Source: Candidatus Bathyarchaeota archaeon
GTDB lineage: Archaea; Thermoproteota; Bathyarchaeia; Bathyarchaeales; Bathycorpusculaceae
Direction: 5' to 3'
Length of the DNA: 64,000 nt
Assembly (NCBI GenBank): GCA_963832745.1
Contig: CAWHVC010000003.1
Coordinates: 416,001 to 480,000, forward strand
Shown in pieces: positions 58,830-64,000 of this stretch. The notes beneath the pieces are model-generated. The model was given only the letters and a program-made list of their open reading frames with translations, did no database searches and was not told the DNA's origin. The translations under genes were made by a program, and so were the position numbers. The stretch's first letter is position 1; every line of letters begins with the position of its first letter.

Positions 58830-59088
58830 GCAACCAAACATATCGCCTACCGCCCTTACGTTCCACGATGTCTTCCCGGCACAGCAAGCGTAAATGATGC
58901 ATTACAACATTATACGACAGATCTGTTTTGTTGGCTAATTCACTTGCGCTGCAATATTGGGTATCAAGCAACACTAAAATTTTTGTTCTTGCCTTAAGAC
59001 CACATCGAACGTTACGGATTTTTTTTAGGTAAGCATTTGGATGAAACGCGCCAGTGATACCCTTTTTCCCCCCCAAACATAAATGCAC
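58798..59088 (-). CDS. ArsR-like winged-helix protein
   Basis: RTKILVLL..SASELA..LSYNVVMHHLRLL..IVER; start uncertain. Confidence 0.75.
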   Translation of the reverse strand: MHLCLGGKKGITGAFHPNAYLKKIRNVRCGLKARTKILVLLDTQYCSASELANKTDLSYNVVMHHLRLLCREDIVERKGGRRYVWLPTGVGQTRLA

Positions 59089-59110
59089 AGGTTTATTTGT
59101 AAAGCTTTAG

Positions 59111-62100
59111 TTAACCAAAATCAAAAAGCGTTGCCTGCTTAGCTTTCTTGTTATCAAACATTAAAGAAATTTCTTGTTTAATCAAAATCATCCGTTGAGT
59201 GTAATATTTAGGCAACCCATACTTATCCACAAGATGCTGAGCAACAGCCAAATACTTTTCAATGTTACCACGATAAACTGTAAGCGTAAGGTTTCCGCCA
59301 CAGAAAGAGCATTTCCCAGTTAACGGCAGCCTACGAAACTTTTTGTTACAACTCTTGCACCTAAAAGATTGTGTAGAGAACGCACGCAAGTTTCCAGCGA
59401 TGTCACGCATGAAATGAGTATTTATAACTTTAAGCGCGACTCGTTTAGCATCAACGGCTTCAATCTGTTCACCCAAACTTAACTGCATATTAAGCTTGTC
59501 AATCATTGATTTGAATTCCTTGTAGGCGCTATTTGCGTTGCCAAGATTAATATTTGTACAGGGCACAGTAAACATGAATCCTTCAAACTGCGCTTCAGTA
59601 CCTAACCGGTGGCTGATGGTATCCATAATCGAGCTTATTGGTCTAGCTTCAACTTTCTGCCAAGACCTCTGATAAAACTCTAATGGATAAGTTGCACTAA
59701 CATCAAAATCGTGCGCTTGCCGTTGCACTTCTTTAGTGTTAACAAAAGGAATCATTAAAATGGGGGCATCCATGATTCCGCCGATTTGAGCCGGCAAATA
59801 ACGTCTTGAGAAGTTGATCAAGGTATCAAGGGCTAGCATTATTGCATCTTCGTCGCCGTCGCAATCTCTACGCTTGGCAGAATGCCAAACAGGATGAGCA
59901 TAAATCAAGTTACGGTCAGTATATCCGATTACACGTCCAAGAATACAAGCGCATGTGTGAGGAGCCAACCCAAAAATCAATTGCCCTACAAGATCCTCTG
60001 CCTTTTTAACGTTATAGAAACGCGGCATCTTGTAAACGCGTTCCAGCAGGTTATCAATGAAATCAGCTATTTGGAGAAAATACTCACCTGCTTTACAAGG
60101 AATAACAACATCTTGAATTTTAAGTTCCAAAACTTGATGGGGGTCAGTTAATTCCTTACCATAAACATCATAACTGTAACCTAACGAGCGGAGTCTTTCA
60201 ACTGAGACACCAACTTCGGCAGGCGTAATGTGCGTTAGGGGGGCGTTGGTACCGTCAAAACGGATAGTACCATCCTTGTAAACAGACACACCGTACTTAG
60301 CCCGCAAAACTCCCTTCTCAAGGATTTCAGGCATTTTATCCTCATTAGTCAACCCTTTAACCCCACGTAGCATCTTTGGAGCAGAAACACCCAAAGAAGA
60401 ACAAGCCGATTCAAGCATCTCCTTAAAGTTAACGGCCTGTCTAGAATACAATACCGATTTAGTCTTGCATCCACCACAGTAATTATCTTTTAGGGCTCGA
60501 CCACAACGTGGACAAGTATTTTCTGCAACCGTGTCACAACCGCAGGCTGGGCACTGCACTTTTAACGTGTAGGTTTTACATTGTGGACATTTGCGTTTGG
60601 CTATTTCAACAAACACGGGACCTTTTTTTCCTGCTTCCACAAAATCCCTGTGCGAGCCGCCAGCCAACCCAACTGGGAACAAGACATGAACAAGAGGTCT
60701 CATTTCACGGTGCTTGGCTTTTTCGGGTCTACCCATACGCCCACCTACATAGCTGGGCGCTTTATCCTTAATCTGCACACCACTGAGCAGAGTCAGCAAA
60801 TCCAAAACTGAAACCACTTCAAAAGAAGTTGTCAGCCTAGGCGTGCCATAACCAAGAGTAAACGCAAAAGCAGCGGCATCTTCACCCTCAATTACCACTT
60901 TATCCTCAACGATTCGGTGAGGCACCAAAATTTTCCTCAGCAACTTAACAACATCATCGCTAGCGGTTCCGCTGATAGTGCATGCAAGCCCATCAGTTAA
61001 AACAACGTCACAGGTTGATAGCCAGTTTCTTAGGGAATCAACTTCTTGAACAGTAGAAAGGCTCGTCCAAAAGAATATACAGTTAGGCGCTAGGGGAACA
61101 TCCAAGTTTTTGCTTAATGCGATGGCTTCTTTGACTGTGGGCTTGTTTTTGAAGGAGTCAGAAAGAAAATCCTCCAGCTGATGCACTGGAATGCAACAAA
61201 TTTCTGCTGCTTTTGTGTTGTCGACGCCAAATTTTGCGGTGATAGCGTTTTTCAGGTCTTTTACCCACCATTCCTCCACGTAGCCTGAAGGTAATAGTGC
61301 CTTGTTGCAGTAGAGAAAGTCGCCGAAATCAATCAGCATATCACCTAGGAAAAGGATTTTCTGAATCTTACCTTTAACTTCCGGAAAGCTCTCAAGTGAC
61401 ACACGCACTACGGAATTGTCTTTAAGCAGTACGATGGGTTTCTCAAGGCTGTCTACAGGCATTGTGACACCGCCTTTTCCAGGCAGTTCCAGACGCATTT
61501 GTGTACCCGCCGCCAAGAAGCCTTCAACTACAGACATTGTAGCAGGATGTATGCCAACCGCTGAAAGCCCTGTGTTTCGGGACCGCCCATACCTTAACCT
61601 AAAACCGCCCTTAGTAGACGGAAAAGCAAAAATCGGTCTGCCAGCAATTACATCATCCATAAAGCCGCCAGATTTTTTCTCAGACTTTTTCTTAAAATTT
61701 TTCAGCCAGTCCCAACCCTGGAAGCCCAGCTTGTCGATGATTACAAATACTTTCTGTGCACGACCAACAATGCCGTCGTTGATGACTCTTAAGGCGCCAC
61801 CTCGGACACGGTTGGTTTCAACCCGTTCCAGATTACGGTAGGATGATACTTCAACGGGGTCTGATTCCGTCCCGGTGCATTCAACGGGAACAAGGTTAAG
61901 CGCTTTTCGCAATTCCTCATCTGGGATGTGATACTGGAAACGTCCCACAGAGCGTTCATAAAGACGCAGTTCCTCAACAAACCGTGAAACCTCTTCTTCG
62001 GTGGGCTTATAAGTATCCAAAGCGAGTTCCCGTCGCACGTAGTCCCCCACGACCAAAGTTAAAGCTTGGTCAGTACCGCCTGCAGACCTAATTGGTCCAG

Positions 62101-62539
62101 CGAAATAAACGGCTAGATAACGGGATTGGTCAGCATTCTTTTTAATTTTAACTTGAGCTATGCCCTGAATTGGGGCGGCGGTTAAGCCTTCAGTGAAAAT
62201 TGCAAGCGCAGTCCTAATAGCCTGCTCAGCTAGCTGTTCCTGATTTAAGTCTTCTTCAGGCTGATTAAATTTGCCTTGGGCAATTTCCTGCGCAACCTTG
62301 AAAGCTACTTCTTCACGGGGCATTTGACTGCTGAGCCTACGGATGCTTAAGGCAACATTTTTTGGTCCCACGAGACCTTCTACGAGATCAGCAATGTCTT
62401 GAGCTTCGATGCATTCAGTTTTAAGCGCGGGATCTAAGCCTTTAGCTCTGGCGTTATCGCTAATCACGTATAACTCTTTTAATTGGCGCCTCATCTCGTC
62501 AATGTAATCTTGGTAACTTCGACTCAGTTTACTGCTCAA
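59111..62539 (-). CDS. polC: DNA polymerase D large subunit DP2
   Basis: AGPIRSAGGT, GFRLRYGR, RMGRPEK, catalytic RRDCDGDED, C-terminal Zn finger and PIP box QATLFDF; no intein. Confidence 0.97.
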   Translation of the reverse strand: MSSKLSRSYQDYIDEMRRQLKELYVISDNARAKGLDPALKTECIEAQDIADLVEGLVGPKNVALSIRRLSSQMPREEVAFKVAQEIAQGKFNQPEEDLNQEQLAEQAIRTALAIFTEGLTAAPIQGIAQVKIKKNADQSRYLAVYFAGPIRSAGGTDQALTLVVGDYVRRELALDTYKPTEEEVSRFVEELRLYERSVGRFQYHIPDEELRKALNLVPVECTGTESDPVEVSSYRNLERVETNRVRGGALRVINDGIVGRAQKVFVIIDKLGFQGWDWLKNFKKKSEKKSGGFMDDVIAGRPIFAFPSTKGGFRLRYGRSRNTGLSAVGIHPATMSVVEGFLAAGTQMRLELPGKGGVTMPVDSLEKPIVLLKDNSVVRVSLESFPEVKGKIQKILFLGDMLIDFGDFLYCNKALLPSGYVEEWWVKDLKNAITAKFGVDNTKAAEICCIPVHQLEDFLSDSFKNKPTVKEAIALSKNLDVPLAPNCIFFWTSLSTVQEVDSLRNWLSTCDVVLTDGLACTISGTASDDVVKLLRKILVPHRIVEDKVVIEGEDAAAFAFTLGYGTPRLTTSFEVVSVLDLLTLLSGVQIKDKAPSYVGGRMGRPEKAKHREMRPLVHVLFPVGLAGGSHRDFVEAGKKGPVFVEIAKRKCPQCKTYTLKVQCPACGCDTVAENTCPRCGRALKDNYCGGCKTKSVLYSRQAVNFKEMLESACSSLGVSAPKMLRGVKGLTNEDKMPEILEKGVLRAKYGVSVYKDGTIRFDGTNAPLTHITPAEVGVSVERLRSLGYSYDVYGKELTDPHQVLELKIQDVVIPCKAGEYFLQIADFIDNLLERVYKMPRFYNVKKAEDLVGQLIFGLAPHTCACILGRVIGYTDRNLIYAHPVWHSAKRRDCDGDEDAIMLALDTLINFSRRYLPAQIGGIMDAPILMIPFVNTKEVQRQAHDFDVSATYPLEFYQRSWQKVEARPISSIMDTISHRLGTEAQFEGFMFTVPCTNINLGNANSAYKEFKSMIDKLNMQLSLGEQIEAVDAKRVALKVINTHFMRDIAGNLRAFSTQSFRCKSCNKKFRRLPLTGKCSFCGGNLTLTVYRGNIEKYLAVAQHLVDKYGLPKYYTQRMILIKQEISLMFDNKKAKQATLFDFG

Positions 62540-62634
62540 GCAATCCCTTCATAGAATAGTTAAGGTTAACAGGAGAGTATTTTGGCTTTTCTAAGGGAAA
62601 AATTAAAACTCAAACATCAAAGAAGGGGCAGTTA

Positions 62635-63384
62635 TTACTTTTTTTGCTTAATCCCTTCAATAACCTCAGCGATGCGTTGCTTATTATCATCTGCCTCAAT
62701 AAGGTTTCCAGTAACGATAATGTCTGCGCCCGCTTGAGCTGCTGCCGCCGCTTGCTCACGAGTTCGGATACCGCCACCGACAATCAAGGGAACATCAAGG
62801 TATTTCTTTACAGTTTTAATCATTTCTGGCGGAACAGGGTTTGCAACTCCAGAGCCACCTTCAAGATAAATAAACTTCATACCGAAGTATTGTCCAGCTA
62901 AAGCGTGTGCTGCTGCCAAGTCTGGTTTATCGTAGGGTATGGCGATTGCTTTTCCGACGATTCCTGCAGTTCCACCTTGACCAACAATAATGTAGCCCAT
63001 AGAGATAGGTTCAATATTGAATTTTTTGATTAAAGGTGCACCTAGGATTTGGGCGCCGACTAAAAAGTACGGGTCTACAGAATTTAGCAGTGACATGAAC
63101 CAGATGGCGTCAGAGTACCTACTGATGCCGCTTACATTGTTGGGGAATAGTATTGTTGGTAAATCAACAGCGCTTTTAATTGCCTTTACAACTGAATCCA
63201 AATGTTCCTGAGAAGAAAATGTTGAACCACCAATCATTATTGCAGCGGTTCCACTGTTCTTTGAGTTCTCTGCCACAAGGGAGGCTTGAGTCGGAGTAAT
63301 CTTTTCTGGATCAATAAGGGTCATGTGGATTGCTTTTTCAGCCGCAATTTTTTCAAGGAGATATTTTTCTACTCGCCCAAGCAT
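62635..63384 (-). CDS. geranylgeranylglyceryl phosphate synthase
   Basis: HMTLIDPEK, MIGGST, ILFP, SLLNS, YLEGGSG, VGGGIR, VTGN. Confidence 0.93.
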   Translation of the reverse strand: MLGRVEKYLLEKIAAEKAIHMTLIDPEKITPTQASLVAENSKNSGTAAIMIGGSTFSSQEHLDSVVKAIKSAVDLPTILFPNNVSGISRYSDAIWFMSLLNSVDPYFLVGAQILGAPLIKKFNIEPISMGYIIVGQGGTAGIVGKAIAIPYDKPDLAAAHALAGQYFGMKFIYLEGGSGVANPVPPEMIKTVKKYLDVPLIVGGGIRTREQAAAAAQAGADIIVTGNLIEADDNKQRIAEVIEGIKQKK

Positions 63385-63399
63385 TGGCTATCTCTCAAG

Positions 63400-63666
63400 T
63401 TACTCTTTAGGTTTGGTAATTGGTGTACGCTTTAAAGTGCTGTACACACGGTCGGTTAGCATGCAGTAAACGTCAACTTCGCCTTGTGCTTGTTTCACTT
63501 GGAATTCTTCTTTAAGACCACAACTGCTGCATTGTGCAACTGCGTGACCGCCTTCATCCCTGTTTATTTCAACGAGTACCGTTTCTTTTCCGCATCTAGG
63601 GCAAGAGAAAAATTTAGGTAACCGTTTTTTTGGAATATGAACAACTTTTTTCCTTCTTCGCCCCAT
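63400..63666 (-). CDS. elf1: transcription elongation factor Elf1
   Basis: MGRRRKK..LPKFFSCPRC..CSSC..VDVY. Confidence 0.9.
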   Translation of the reverse strand: MGRRRKKVVHIPKKRLPKFFSCPRCGKETVLVEINRDEGGHAVAQCSSCGLKEEFQVKQAQGEVDVYCMLTDRVYSTLKRTPITKPKE

Positions 63667-63763
63667 GAAATAACCTTCACTATCGATGTTATGTTCCTTT
63701 AATATTTATGCTTGTCCTTAAATACTTGCCTACCAACCATGAAAATAGAGAAGTGCACAAACC

Positions 63764-64000
63764 GTGAAGTTGACACCTTCCGTATTAGACACGAATTTCT
63801 CCGAAGTAGAAACAAGAATCAGTCGCTTCATCAAAGAATATGTTTCTAACAGTCAAGCAAAAGGCGTCGTGCTTGGGCTTTCAGGCGGAATCGACAGCGC
63901 AACCATCGCCGGCTTATGCAGTAAAGCCTTGGGAAGCGAAAACGTCTTAGCATTATTATTGCCTGAAGAGGAAACAAGAAACCAAAAAGACATTAACGAC
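63764..64000 (+). CDS. nadE: NH3-dependent NAD+ synthetase (5' part, truncated by the window edge)
   Basis: Manual translation from GTG 63764 includes KGVVLGLSGGIDSA..ALGSENVLALLLP. Confidence 0.88.
   Translation, partial: MKLTPSVLDTNFSEVETRISRFIKEYVSNSQAKGVVLGLSGGIDSATIAGLCSKALGSENVLALLLPEEETRNQKDIND

Overview
Archaeal chromosomal segment, most likely Bathyarchaeia (TACK lineage). This is inferred from PolD DP2 together with Elf1, Gins23 and Gins51, a PQQ-type beta-propeller surface protein and frequent TTG/GTG starts. Most of the window is core information processing: RFC, GINS/MCM, PriS/PriL/PCNA, TFS/RpoL/Csl4, r-proteins, aIF2a, aIF5A, SRP54, Pus10, KsgA and PolD. It also carries hppA, gdhA, ppsA, NAD kinase, GGGP synthase and a partial nadE. 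Three accessory blocks interrupt the core. (1) 2.7-6.3 kb: a frameshifted operon of a secreted Cys-containing protein, membrane proteins and an ABC-2 exporter. (2) 14.5-18.5 kb: two Lrp regulators and a beta-propeller surface protein, bracketed by a G-rich dispersed repeat. (3) 26.4-31.2 kb: an island inside the conserved gins51-rpl44e cluster, with a stand-alone HTH + large-terminase pair (no capsid, portal or integrase) and FRG / Abi-like cargo; this is the best candidate for an undescribed system. Manual reading also found genes missed by the ORF track (Trbp/CsaA, Sec61beta, the Nob1 N-terminus, a second winged-helix paralog), a promoter motif shared by hppA and that paralog, and a PIP-box zinc protein after an RFC-L that lacks its own PIP box. 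No rRNA, tRNA or CRISPR array was recognised. Family assignments come from motif recognition only; no database search was run.
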